A stretch of 63,805 nt of DNA, the filler included, from Sluysia triapertura (lineage: Eukaryota), in NCBI GenBank assembly GCA_046118255.1. It is 5 parts of 5 records of this genome, joined end to end, with 100 filler letters (N's around TTAATTAATTAA, not from the genome) between each part and the next. Parts side by side here need not be neighbours in the genome. Positions count along the whole stretch, not along the records: positions 24,842 to 39,583 come from JBJNIA010249867.1; 4 more parts are not named here. One strand, given 5' to 3'. Made by a program: the position numbers and the translations under genes. The first letter of the stretch is position 1; each line of letters begins with the position of its first letter. This document shows, piece after piece, positions 24,902-38,921 of the stretch. The notes beneath the pieces were generated by a model. It was not told where the DNA came from. It made no database searches and saw nothing but the letters and a program-made list of their open reading frames with translations.

Positions 24902-27529
24902 TATAAGCCAATGTGAACAGTTGACTCATTAAATCATTGCCATAATTAGCTTAACCTTATAAGGACTATTCCCTAAGAGAACCTTCAGAAATATCTAATT
25001 TAAATTATTGTAAATAAATTTATTCTGATATAAAATAAATTTTATCTAAAATGATATCGAAATCCATACACGCAAACAAGTAGTTGCTTAAGTTAAGGCA
25101 AAAACTATTTGTAGCACGTATATATTTATTGTAAATTTTAAAACAAAATTATACAAAATAATAACATTATAAATACCACATAAGAGATAGAATGTATTAA
25201 TATTATAGAAAAATTAGAAATATATAATATATAAACAAGTAATTAACTCAGTTTTATATTTGTAATTTAGTTTAATTTTAACTTTTGACAATCTTTCTAA
25301 TAATTGGATTTATGATAAGCAGCTACATATATAGAGACTAAAATATTAGATTTTGTGTCAATAACGCAAAAATCAAACGATATATTACACAAGAGTAATT
25401 CGTCGATTTATAATTTACGTTAATTGTTCGAAGACAAATATTATAGAAAAAGATCAACTGAGGCAGATTCATATTATTTTGTTTTTTGATTTGAAACACT
25501 TTGGTTAGTTTAATTTGATTCAAATCTTGCGTGTTTACAGCGAGCCTAACATCCAATTAGATTTCTTTATATAATTTATTGCTTACAATGAAATTTCTCA
25601 TTAAAAAATTTAATGAAAATAAATATTTAATATTTATTTATAAAATCGCCATATTATGTTCCAATTAACATACTTGTATACCATTACATATTTGCACAAT
25701 ATAGTTTTTTGCTTTATAAAAGTACTCTAGAGATTACGTTTGTCATACAATAAACATTCACGTCTTACTATTATTATAAAAGAATTATTATAAAAGAATT
25801 AGAGACACCCTTAAAATTGATTAATCTAATACATACTCTAATCTAATATATACAAAGAATTAAGACCTCCATAACTTATAATAAGTTATAATAACTTATT
25901 TTAAGTTTTAAATCCTATAGGAAAAGTCACCATAAGTCTTTTTACTCTAGCCGAACCCGTTGAGTTAGATTTTAATAAAATACACACACTTAAGAAGATA
26001 ATCTCGCATAAATCTCGCATAAATCTCGCATAATCTCGCATCGGAGTAATATAAGTAAATTTGAACGTAAAGAAAAATTTCCGCAGAGATGTGAAGAATA
26101 TTCCCTACATTATTATCATCACGTAATAATATAATCTCGCAAGAAGATAAGTTTGTATAAGTACATTCACCCTCAGTAGTTAGCAAAGGTTCAATAAATA
26201 CTTTAACTTCTGTTAAAATCCTACAGGTACGTCACTCAAGAGTTTAAACCGTATACTATAGGTGAACCCTTGATTGAAGTTAGACACAAATTTTTCGAAA
26301 ATATGTAATATAAGGGCGTAACGCCCATAAAATCTCAATAAAATAGAAAATAAGTAATTACTTTTTAGAGAAATACGCCCTATCGTAAAACAATATAAAA
26401 TTAAAAGTAGAAAACGAAAGTAGGAACAATAATCAATTTAATTTTTTAAAGTTCGAAACATTTATATTTGATCTTTGTACTCATCATATTTGTTAGAAAT
26501 ATATTTATTCGTAATATTCATATTTGGTATTCATTTATTTGCCTAATGCTCGCCACATTGGGTTAAAGTAAATATTCGATGCTCGTTGTATTTTCATAAT
26601 TATACTTGAATTCTTGCAAAATTGAACAACCAAAAAACTCGTCGTACTTAATTAAATTTGGTTACAAATGTTACTGCAACTATTCGATTTCAAGTGTTAC
26701 GACCATAATTTGGTTCCCAGTACTCGTACAACATACATAATTCATAAGTTTGTTTGTAACATGCTTTACAATCTTTGTTTAAGGCAAGGAAGTAAAATAT
26801 TACTTAAAATCTAATTAATTTTCTGGGAGTTTAGACTACCATTAAATTAAAGTTACTTTAAACATTTAAATTTCGATATTAAGGAAACTTGATATCTAAC
26901 TTTCTATCTTTTTCAAATATTTTTGTGAATATTATGCCATATTATAATAGATATAATAAATCTTATATCTTATTATATTGTAGATCTTATTTTAATTGTT
27001 GAGTTTTTCGTTGCAAAATTACTAAAATTAGAAGTTAAATTGTCCATTAATTAGTGTTCGATTACTTAGAAATAAATTGTTTGATTAAATGGGAGCAAAT
27101 TTATTTATTTATTTATAAATAAATTGTCAAAAGGATTAATACATTTTAGAAAATTGTTGAGGATATAACAGAACCTATTCCAAATTAAAAAGATAAAATA
27201 CCGAAGGTGTAAGCGATTGTTAGGCTTAGGCTCCAATATAAGAATAGTTATTATTCCCATATTTGACTTTAAACTCAAATATCAGTGAAAGTAGCCTGTA
27301 TTGTTCCAATTTTTCAAGCTTTAGTCTTTTAGAAAATATATAAGTACTTGAAACTACCTGCAAAAATCTTACAAGCGTGCCCCATAAAGACGTAAGACAT
27401 TCTCTATAGGTGAACCCTAAGCTTCTTTATCGCATAAACATATTCGACATTGGTTTTAAATTTCGAAACGATAAACAAAAGTCGTGTTGCACGTATGTTT
27501 TTGAACGTATTAAACATAAGTAGCTGAAT

Positions 27530-30020
27530 CCAAATCACTAATAAAAATCCAACCAAGAGACAAATAGATCAATTAGATGATGTTATTTATAGAAATCCAA
27601 GGGGAATAGCAAAAAATAAATGATATAGGAAACTCAGTGATAATTACACACGAAATACCATTAATAATAGGTAAAGTAATTCGGAAGAAGCCATATAGGA
27701 TACCCATATATAACCAGAAAGAAATGCAGGATCAAATAGATACTATGAAAAAGGCTGGGGTAATAAGGCCAAACTTCTCTCCATTTTCATCGCCTGTTTT
27801 ATTAGTTAAAAAGAAAGACGGAACAATGAGATTTTGTATAGACTTTAGAGAATTGAATAAAATAACAAGAAAGGATGTATTCCCGTTACCTCGTATAGAT
27901 GAAATGTTGGATAAATTTGGAAATGCAACATATATTACAACACTCGATCTGCAAAGCGGATATTTGCAAATAGAGATTGCTGAAAAAGACAAACATAAAA
28001 CTGCATTTACCTGTGGTGATGAATTATATGAATGTGAAAAAATGCCATTCGATTAACCGGTGCACCAGCAACTTTTCAAAGATGTATGAATTTTGTATTG
28101 TCTCGGTGTAAAAATGTTATGGTGTATATTGATGATATAATAACATTCTATTAAGACTTTGATACACGTAAAAGATATTGATAATATTTTAAATAGATTG
28201 GAATTAGCTAGACTAAAAATTAAAAAATTGGGCAGAATTTCTAGGACACAGTATCAAAAGAAGGAATAAAACCTAATCTGAGAAACATTGAAAAAGTGGT
28301 TAAATTTACAAAACCAGATAAGGTTAAAAAGATACAAAAGCTTTTTAGGATTAGCCAATTATTATAGAAGATTTGATAAAAAAATTCGCTAAAATAGCAC
28401 AGCCACTTAGAAAATTAACAAAGAAAGATGTCGAATTTAGATGGACGTAAGAACAAACAAACTTTTAAGGAACTAAAAGAACGACTACAACACCAATATT
28501 AATATTCCCAGATGTCAATAAACCATTTATACTTACAACAGATGCTAGTAACTATGTTAGTTACTTATACACGGATCATAAACCATTAACGTATCTATAT
28601 AATCATAGAATTGAAGTTAGTAGATTAAACAGGTGGTTTAACAAATTATCAGAATTCGACCTAGAAGTTATCTATAAACCAGAGTCACAAAACAATGGTG
28701 CTGATTGCATGTCACGATTAACAAATATGGACAATAAAGGACACATAAATTTAATAAAAATAATGACAATATCGAGCAAGATACTAAGGAAATTATCAAA
28801 CATCAAATGGAAGATAAAGAAATTGCATCTATTATTGATTCACTAGCAAAAGGGACACTAATCGAAAGTCAGGCAAAAAGATTGGCCCCTACAGACGGAA
28901 TCCTTAGATTTAGAGATTCAAAGGAAGACAGGAATGCCTTAGTTCCCAGATCATTAATAACACCAATTTTAATACTATTTCACGATGGTCAATTAGGTGG
29001 ACATTTGTCTCTAAGGAAAACATTATCACGTATAAAAGACAAATATTATTGGGAGAATATGGAAGACATTAGAAAATGGTGTGAAGACTGTTCAATCTGT
29101 TGTAGAAGGAAAATACTGGAATTCGGACAAAAGTACCACTTAAACCAATACCGGTACCACTGTCACCTATGGAGTTTACTGCAATGGATATAATGGGGCC
29201 ACTACTGGAAACTATCAATGGAAATAAATATATTATCGTATTTGCTGATTACTTAACTAAATGGCCTGAGGCACACCCAATGCCGAATCAAAAAGCTGAA
29301 ACCGTCGCACAAATATTTGTTGAAAAAATAATTTATAGATACAGTACACCACGAAAATTACTTACGGATCAGGGCACAAATTTTACCAGCGACGTAATCA
29401 AATCAGTGACAAAAATATTCTATATTTTGAGAATTTACATATCACCTTATCATCCGCAGACGGATGGGCTAGTTGAACGATTTAATATGATTTGATAAAT
29501 ATGCTTCAATTATACGTAAATGATAGGCAAACAGACTGGGATTTATATATTGCACTGTGCTTATTCGCATACAGAAGTTCGGTGCATCCAGCAACAAATT
29601 TCACTCCATTTTATTTAATGTACGAACGCCATTCGAATATGCCAGTGGATTTAGAATGGATACCACCTACATCTCAATATATGGAAACGCCTGAATACAT
29701 AACAATAATGCATGAAAGACTGCAAGATGCTTGGAAGCGTGCTGGTTTACAAATAAAGTTTTCACAAGAGGCATGTAAGGATGCATATGACAAGAAAGCT
29801 AAAGAGCACAATTTTCAGATTGGTGATAAGGTACTCATCAATATCCACTAACCAAACCAAAACAATCACCGAAGTTACATAAACCATTTAAAGGACCGTG
29901 CTGATGTAGTGAAAATTATCGACACCAATTTATTTGTTAAAGATACAACCAAACTAGATTCTGAAACTTTTGTAGTACATGCCAACAGATGTAAGAGAGC
30001 ACCAAGTGATGAATACTAAT
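27530..30020 (+). mobile_element. pol: Ty3/gypsy LTR retrotransposon pol remnant (RT-RNase H-integrase)
   Basis: RT motifs PYRIP, SPFSSPVLLVKKKDG, RFCIDFRELN and YIDD (~28125). RNase H TDAS..YTDHKPL has the intervening segment deleted. Integrase has HHCC (HDGQLGGH..CEDCSIC), MDIMGP, TDQGTNF, YHPQTDGLVERFN and a GPY/F-like KPFKGP..VHANRCK. Frameshifts and stops throughout. Confidence 0.97.
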
Positions 30021-30134
30021 TAAGAAATAGAACTGTTAAGAAATCTAAATTAAAAGTCAAGCCAAAGACAAAAGACCGCGATAAACCACCTTCGATTCAA
30101 TCATTGGTCGATAAGCAAATAGTAATGATGTATC

Positions 30135-30620
30135 ATGTATCAACTGGAATATGCACACATTATCCAAAATGTACGATTCAACGGTAGATGGATTCAATCG
30201 GTTATAGACACAGGAGCAACCACATCGATGATACATTATAATTTTCTGACCACATGGGTTATAGTATTTATGGATCCACCGCAAACAATAATTTATAATC
30301 TGCAGCGGACACCGATAAATATAGATGGAATAATACTTGCACATTTGGATATACTAGACAAACGAGTAAACGAATATATCTATGTTTGGAAGGAATCCCC
30401 TTTTGACTTAATAATTGGATTAGATAAACTAGATAAATTAGATGATACAGTTATACATAGTATGGTCTTATAGAATTTCCACAAGGCACGCAATTAATAC
30501 TTCCAAAGGTTGTTATTCCATCTCCTAATAGTAATATTGCTCCGATTCATATCCCATCGCCGGATATCCAACCGAGTATTCCAGTTTTTCTACCAAGTCG
30601 ATTATCTGATTTGTTATGGT
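30135..30620 (+). pseudogene. Retropepsin-like aspartic protease downstream of integrase
   Basis: VRFNGRWIQSVIDTGATTSMI (DTGA at 30207-30218) and PFDLIIGLDKLDKL. After a frameshift it continues YGLIEFPQGTQLILP and a Pro/Ser-rich linker. Confidence 0.85.
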
Positions 30621-30639
30621 AAGAGTCATCCACAGACTC

Positions 30640-32650
30640 ATCAATGTCAGCAGTAACAGTGAACTTTCGGAATCATCATCATCAAGAATTGGTTCTGCTG
30701 ACACAGTAATGCTTACATTTACTAAAGTAAATAATCGTAAGAAATCATGGTAGATGATATTGCTAATAATAAAGGTTGTATTCCTATCTCTAATTAATTT
30801 TGTCAAATCTATAGATATTGAGGAGGATGAAGAATATAGGAATTTATATGCAGCGATTAATAACGGAAAAGAGCAAAAAATATCAATTACAAATATTTAT
30901 ATTGAATACTGGGAGATAAAATTTAGCTCAAAGAAAATGTTCTTAAGGCATAGACTTGATATATATTGTATTTATCTAGACCCATTATTAATCGGTAAAC
31001 CACATCATGTAGATAAAATCCCGCGTTGTCTACAATGTGCATTGGATACAAAGCGAAACACAAGAAAGGTGCAAAACATTAGAATGAATAAATATGTGAA
31101 TAATTGTATATCTACAATTAAAAATAGTAAGTAATCCAACAAACGATATATGGCCTAACGTTGTTGCATTAATATATAAATTCCTATTTCAGTAATATAC
31201 GCAATTTGGATAATATTACATGTAATCGACTTTAGTATAAAAATAGGTGTAGTTGCAATTAACAAAAAATCAATACCTTTAATGCTAGTCTTAGTAATTA
31301 CCATGGTTCAATGTAATACATATGATGTACAAATTTACAAAACCGAATACCTTGGATTTCGTAATTATGATACTGAAGTAAGAGTTAAAGTACTACAGAA
31401 TGACATTCAAGTAAGATTTAACCAGCCAGACTTAACTTTAGTTTTTGGAACGTGAAGGAATATTATATTAATAATTTGGTAAATCCTATTGCTATGTGTA
31501 CTGACTTCTTGGCTAACTACGGGCGACATATATTGCTACGATATATGTAGCACCAGCGAAATTAGAACTACATTTTGCACTAAAAAGTACCCGAAAATAT
31601 CTATCATTATCAGAAATGTTAAAAATGATCCAGCATTGCTAATATTAATTTTAGCTGCACTATTATTCATCATTGCTTTATCAATAGTTATACTAGTAAT
31701 TATCATGTTTGTGTCGAACAAATGCAGATATCCATGCTTGCTTCCAAATAACGACGATGATCGATATCCTATCCCACGCAGAAATAATATTGAGCCACCA
31801 CCAGGATTTCCGATAACACCACCTCCTGCTTACGAATATGCAACAGTTAATTATTCACCATTAATGTACGGAGATTGGCAAATGACAAGTTTACAGTCAG
31901 TTATGATAGCATGTATATGTATAGCATGTATAATTAACGTACATACAAAACCATTTAAATCTCTCCAACTATATATGTAAAAGTACAAAGCAACATTGCT
32001 AAAATTACTAACATTTCTATGAGTTGTTGCTTGATTAATTGGTGTAGACATAGACTGGATTTTAGTAAACATACAAAATATCAGTTAATGATGTGCAATG
32101 GACTTGTGGAAAATCAATTATTTAATATTACTTTGGAATTAGAAATTGAATTGGAACCCAATCAAAATTCGAAAATTATATCAATACACAATTATAGAAT
32201 TAGAACAAAACTTTATGTTTTTTTCATTTATCAATAACTATAAAATTTCAAATGTTACTATTTAGGGAAAGTAATAATTTTGTAAAAGTAAGAAACCCGT
32301 TAACGGAAAATGATATATTAATTGGTTACGAAGTAAACAAAAAGAACCCACCCAAAAAGGATTTTGATGAGTTATTTGATAAAGAACAGGACTATGCACT
32401 AATACTTCGTAAAACTGATATTTATCTATTTTTTGCACTTGAACAAAATCTTACTTTTATCGAGGTTTAGAAATTCACAATACACTCGGATTTTGGCCAG
32501 AATAGAGTATGCGACTTACGTGTACCAATTTTAGATAAAGTGGATATTAGTGCTACTCCAAAACTCGTCATCACTACTACTGCTATGTTAAACAAAGTAA
32601 AAGTTCACATATCTTACCTTGACTATAAGTTATTTGGACAATTTAAATAA
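30640..32650 (+). pseudogene. Degenerate multi-pass membrane (env-like) polyprotein of the gypsy element
   Basis: Signal-like stretches at 30754, ~31280 and ~31900; TM segments at ~31155-31215 and 31630-31710; PPPAY at 31819-31833; Cys-containing ectodomains with NIS/NIT/NLT sequons; final TAA at 32648-32650. Confidence 0.7.
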
Positions 32651-33717
32651 AAATATAAGTTTACAAAATAAGACTAATTCACAGAAAAAAATAACAAATT
32701 ATAACATAACAAAACTTTATCAAGTTATACTGAGTTACTATATTTTGACTTCGTTTTTTTTCTTATAACAGCAATGTACATTACATAGAAGTCATCTTTT
32801 TATAAAAACAAACTATAAATGAAACGTAGAATATGAGCAATAGTCTCTTCTGCTTACTGACCATATGCGACGGCTGTTAACTGTCCATTCTCGGTCGTGA
32901 GCGGATTGGTGATAAAACTCATATCTTGTTTCATAATTAGAATATTTCTATAAATTCTGTAATTAATTTACTTCCTTATAAATTTACCTAAATTTTATAG
33001 GATTTTCTGCAGAAACATTTTGCTAAGATAGTTACTTTGCATATTTAACCGTTAGTTTGTACTTACAGGTGCTACATTGTACTAGTAAAATAATACTTAA
33101 ATTTCATTTAAAATTTTTTAATAACCGTTTAAATTTGATTTTATATATAATTTTTCTGTTTAAATTTCTTTAACGTCTGATTATTAGTATTCAAATAATA
33201 ATAAAGTTCGTATTTATACCATAGTGTTTCTAAAAATATTACATTATCACGATTAAACCCTTTAATATTATTACCATAGCGTCGTTAATATTTGTATATA
33301 CAGATAAATTTTGATATACATTAATTGGTTTGCTTATTATTGACATTGTTTTTGACTTACATTTTTAAAGCAAGCTTTTATTTGTATTTTTGTAAAGCTA
33401 AAGTTATATTTCCTTTTCGTCAATTATATTGTTACAAAATCAAAATGAATTTTATAAAATTTATATATTTAAAAAATTAATTGCAAGTTTTCCTAGATCC
33501 CAATAAAAGTGGATCTCACGTAAACTAATCTAGCTTGACAAGAACTTTTATTAATAAAGTGGGACTCCTAGATTAAAATTACTTAGTTATAAATTTCTAA
33601 AATTGATCGTTTACTATACAAAACAACCGATTCTACGATTCGGTGGAAAATTCATTTTGCACAGATCCTTTTTAATTGGAATCAGATTTAAAATATTAAA
33701 ATCTACTCTCGCTTTAG

Positions 33718-33820
33718 TGCAATAAAATGGTTTAAATCATATTTAAAAAGACACCAATACGATTGATTGAATAATGCGAAATCAAATGAGGTATTTTCAA
33801 AGCATGGAGTTCCTCAGGGA
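33718..33820 (+). mobile_element. Non-LTR (LINE, CR1/L2/Jockey-like) reverse transcriptase fragment
   Basis: AIKWFKSYLKRHQY..LNNAKSNEVFSKHGVPQG matches the WFxSYLxxRxQ...GVPQG signature. Confidence 0.8.
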
Positions 33821-35669
33821 TTGGAATATACCGAGAAAAATGTTCAGCAAATTTTATTCATAATGAAAAAATTAAGAAAAAAATTCGTATTACTAAACAA
33901 AAACAGATTAATAAAATATAAAAGAATAAATCTGAGAATGAAAGATAAATTATTATAAACTATTCGCGCATCGAAAAAATTTCGCTATTACTTAAAAAAT
34001 GTATAACCGATTCATCTGTATACAAAAGTCACGAATATAAACGATGAAATTTCCTAACGTAACTCAAAATTTGCATAAAAACCCTATCAATTTCAATCAG
34101 ACTAATCATTTCTAGTCCATTATTACTCAGTGGAGTTAAATCAATCAACAATGCACCTCACAAAAGATTTCACAAGAATAAACAGTATCAATTATTATTA
34201 AATTTAGTCCATGTTTAAATTTTGCATACGTTTAAATACGTTTAAAATTCCTTATTAAACGACAATGATGTAAAATTAAAATTAAAAAATTACTTCAATT
34301 AAAATAACACTTTAATCCCAATAACAATTTTGATATTGAAAGTTTTGTAGAAACTTGATTCTAAATAAAACTGAATATTTTCATTAAAAAGTTTATCACA
34401 CAATTTAGGTACCTAGTATTACTGAAATTACTTTTTACGCTTAGATTTATTTCTATTATAAAAAAATATAGAGCATAATCTAAAAACAAACTATAATATT
34501 CAAAAAAATCATCACTATTTCCATTTGTATATTTCTATAATCGTTTACCGAATTATCAAGATTTAAAATATTAATATTAAATTAAAATTCCGCAAGTATA
34601 TGAAAACAATAAATTATGCAAAAAATATAAAATGAGAAATCATACATTAGAAATCATTTTTTATGTATTCCAAATTAAAAAACATTCAAAAATGATGAAT
34701 ATTTTAATGTACCTTTAGATTTAAATTAAATCATTATTTAAAAACAAAAAATATATTATTCATTTTTATAGAAACAAAAAATAATGAAAATAATAATGTA
34801 GTGATTATTTTCTTATAACTTTAATCCTAGGCTTTACAATCTTTACGTCTATAACTTGTACGTGAAATAAGGACTACAAATTTAACTTAGTCCGGAGATT
34901 AGCAGTTAATTTAGCTTCATACTTTAAAATTTACAAGCCACAAACGTTTTCTTAAATGTGTTCAAACTTAACTTAAGTAAATTAAGATATAAGTTAATTT
35001 ATACATTGTACACTAAATGTTTTAATACTAAATACATTAGTCAAAATATTCAACAATAAACAGAATATATCAAAGAACATAAAACAATTTTCAAATATGA
35101 TTATTAAAAATTCGATTTCTTTCTTAAAATTTAGTAAAACGATTTGTAAAGTTTTACATCTTTATTTTAATTTAATGAAATAATCCACAAAAAATTAAAC
35201 GAGTGAAAATTAGTATTAGTATGATATTAATAAGATTGAATAGGTTGACATTACCAGGAAATGATCCATGGATTAACATATAGAGGAATTAAAAGATGAT
35301 ACTAGACTTCTACTAAAATTATCTATCACTAAAGAAAGCCGTAGAAAATGTAAATAAATATTTTAGATCAATTTATTTCAATACTAATAACATTCTGAAC
35401 TTAATACTACCTTATTTACTTAGTCTATGAATCTTACAAAAAAACATACTTCAACTAATTAAGTTTTGACTTAATATTATTTGGATTAAACTGCATTGGA
35501 CAACGAATACTTGATTGAAAAATTCAATAGAATTCATTTTTCAGAAGGTTCTTTACATTCTAATTTTGAATAAACTATAATTTTCTTAATTATCATAAAA
35601 CTATAGTTTGTATTTCCTGTTTATATGAACATAATTTGTGTTTGAATGTATATTACATTTAGAAATAAA

Positions 35670-36342
35670 GAGTAAATTGGCTGGGGCTTATTTCAATCCT
35701 AATACCATATTTTCTGGTAACGATGTTTTCGTGTATGTCGAGATTACCAGAAAATGGTCCACAGACTAAAGAAATGCGAAATATAAAAGAAATTTGCTTA
35801 ATTTAGATTCAGATTTAACTTAGTACAACTGAAACTTGTTTCTGCTATAAATCAAAAAACAATATTGATGAAAATACTTGAAATTGTGAATTGTTTACTA
35901 TCTTAACAAGTTGCCTTTAAGGTTTTGATGTTAATGCAAAATAGTTCGAACAGATAACAGAAATAGCTAATTGCCTGAAATTTGCAAGCAATTAAAATTC
36001 ATTTGTGGTTTAATTTTAATTACTTATTTTAACACCTGAATCAGAAAGTGCTATATTTAGATATCAAAACTATCGAGTTTGTGCGAAGAATCGTCTAAAA
36101 TCAAGTCTTCCTAACTACCACTTGTTGCATTGATTAAGATTAATAAATCAAAATTATCTGAAGATTTTGAAAATCCTTTACTTTTGAGAGAAGTCTCTAT
36201 TGAAAAATATAGAACATTTCGAGAACTAATCGACATGAGAGATATTATTGGCAGAAAATGTATAGTTCAACGTGATTTCAAAGTAAGATATTCGTTACAT
36301 AAATTACATAAAACTAATGTCCATGAAACTGAATTTAAATAA
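35670..36342 (+). pseudogene. Degenerate unknown ORF
   Basis: Coding-like segments (KLAGAYFNPNTIFSGNDVFVYVEITRKWS and track ORF 36130..36342) separated by stops. Confidence 0.3.
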
Positions 36343-36749
36343 AATTTATGGTAATCTAAATAATAGTCATCATGGCTGATAAGAATTGGTTTTTCAATTT
36401 TAAAAATTTTATTAAATAAAAGGTAGACAATAAAATAAATATTTCATAAAGATTAAAATAATAAGAGGAGTCAAGTCGTTCTAAAAGATTATAAACGTGG
36501 CAAAAATAACAAATCAACAATTAGTCGAAGTTTTTATTTAAGTAACGTAATATTAAAAGAAAATATGTCAATGATTTAAATGATGAGAACTTGAATTTCA
36601 AGCAAGAATTTGTTGGCATTCTAGAGTTAGTATACAAAACCAATTTAAAGGGTAAGAAAATTTAAAATATATTTAAGAAAAAGTTATATAAAATAGCTGA
36701 AATGTGATAATAAAATATAATACTCTAGAGCAAGAATAATGAACAGTAA

Positions 36750-37410
36750 AATATTTATAATCATTTTGAAACCGAAGAATACCTTGGAGTTCCAAAGACC
36801 TTTGGAGGGTATTGGGACTTTTGTGATGACTTAAGTAAGGTTTTGAAGTGTAAAAACAGTTTTGAACTTCTGAACCTTGTTGATCTTTTGGAATATTTGA
36901 AGACGTTTGAGAACTTAATGAATTTATATAGACCTTAATAGACCTATGAGTAACATTTTAAAATGTTTGGAACTTTTAAAAATGTTCAAAAATTAAAATC
37001 ATGGTTAATAATATTAAAGATAAATTTAACACGTTAATAATTGAAATAAAAAAATAGAAAAAGAAATCAGAGTGGTGAAGTGAAAACACCTAGAGCCTCC
37101 TGAGTACTTTATAAAGTATTTAACAACTTTATAACCATAATAAAACCTTTCAACTTAGAATAAAATAAGTTAAAATAAATAATTAATTAAAATATTAATT
37201 ATCTTAATTACGTTAAGTTACGTTTGTCTAAATAACTTTTGAATGAGGAATGCTATGCTCAAACTGTAATTGCGTAATTAGGGAATGTGTTTTAAAGAGA
37301 CCTTCCAATGAAGATAAGGTTTGACCGAGCCTTAATATTGAGCAAAGTCGAATTTTAATTAATTTTTAATTAAAAATGATGAAATTTTATATTTAGAATG
37401 TTGAAGAGAT
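36750..37410 (+). repeat. Diverged direct repeat copy 1 (LTR-like)
   Basis: Co-linear with 38922-39583: AAGAATACCTTG, TTCCAAAGACCT, AATCAGAG.GGTGAAG, AATAACTTTTGAATG.GGAAT, GGTTTGACCGAG, AATATTGAGCAAAGTC. Confidence 0.85.
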
Positions 37411-37921
37411 GACAAATTAGGTACGGAGTCATTTCTATAAAATAGGATGAGCCGAAAATGATGTTGAAATGTTGTGAAATTGTTTGTTTTGGAAAGAGAA
37501 CTGTAAAAACTGTAGATATTAAATTTCATGTAATTGTGTTTCATGTAATTGTTAAAACTTAATAATTAAAAAGTACAGAAAATTAAAATTAGAGATTATT
37601 TTATTAATTAGATAAAAGTTTTAATTAAATAGTACAGAAAAATAATAATTAATAAAACGTTTACATTTAAAGATTATTTTAATTAGAACATCTACATTTA
37701 AAGATTATTTTATTTGATTATTAACTTTATCTTTATAAAAACAAAAAATTAATATTACTTGTAAAAATCTAATTCAATTATCTTTCAATACGTAGTAAAT
37801 TTTTGATACAGATTTTAATATAAATAGTTTGCGATTTTACAAGATTCTCACAAGTAAAAAGCACAATAATAATTTTAAATATTTTAAAAGTATTGGACTC
37901 AGTCCCTAGAGACAAAAGTTA

Positions 37922-38030
37922 TTAGTTGGAAGCATTATTTGGAGAAAATTTATATGGGAGTCGATATTCGCTATACTAATTGGAAACATTATTTGGAGAA
38001 AATTTATTTGGGAATCGATAGTCGCTAAAT
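37922..38030 (+). repeat. ~53-bp tandem duplication
   Basis: TTGGAA(G/A)CATTATTTGGAGAAAATTTAT(A/T)TGGGA(G/A)TCGATA(T/G)TCGCTA occurs twice. Confidence 0.85.
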
Positions 38031-38921
38031 TGGATATTTTTCGGAAAAGCAATCGTAAGCTATTTATATTAGGTTTTTATACAGTAATATTCTGTATTTA
38101 AATAGACTTAAAATCATCTTCATATTTAACATACCCAAGTATTCACCTGGGTAAAAATCATTTTGAACTTGCATTTTAATCTGAATTAGGAGAAATCCTA
38201 AGACTAATAAGTTAAACTTTATTAATATTATTGTGAATATTTCTGTTATTATTGTGAATATTTTGCTTATACTAATCTTCTTCTATAATTATAACCATAA
38301 TTGTAAATTTGTATTTAATAAAAATTCATAGGATACAAGCACTTTGGTTTGTTTTCGGAATTATTTAAATTGACAAAAAGTAGAAAATTGAGGTGGAACT
38401 TTAAAATTAGTTAAAGACATTAAAATCGGTATTTACTTTAGGAAGTACAATTAAAGTGATATAGATAAAGACCCTCCATTATTAGATAATAAGGAATATT
38501 TCATAGTTTTGACATATAGTATTCCTATAACTAAGTCTTCCTCGAGATATAAAACTTAGATTATGGGCGGACCCGTTTTAACATATTTTTATGATTGTCA
38601 GATAAGTTTTTAGATAAAATCTGAACATAACTAAAATTAAATTCATAATTTTTAAGAATGTCAATAATAATAATAATAATTTTTATTTTAATGTAAGAAG
38701 TGATTCATGAAAAAATAGAACGAGTAAAGTAGAAAAAATGAGAGTTGAATGTTAATCGAATTGTTTTGTTTTGTTTGACAGGTCTTACTGCTGGAATTGT
38801 CAAACTGTGGATTAGGAGATGAGTAAGAGGCATATAGAATCACATAATCAAGGAAGAACGGATAGAAAATGATGGATTGAACATTATAAACATTGTTGAA
38901 ATAAGAATCATGAAAAAGCAA

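Noticed and set aside
26711-26726. TGGTTCCCAGTACTCG as a tRNA-Glu PBS for the 27.5-kb element
   Set aside because: Only about 8-9 nt match, the LTR end is unclear and no gag follows. Not supportable.
27732-27992. Antisense ORFs over RT, gag and NFU1 (also 55427, 55821, 56340, 59001)
   Set aside because: Shadow frames of real coding sequence on the other strand.
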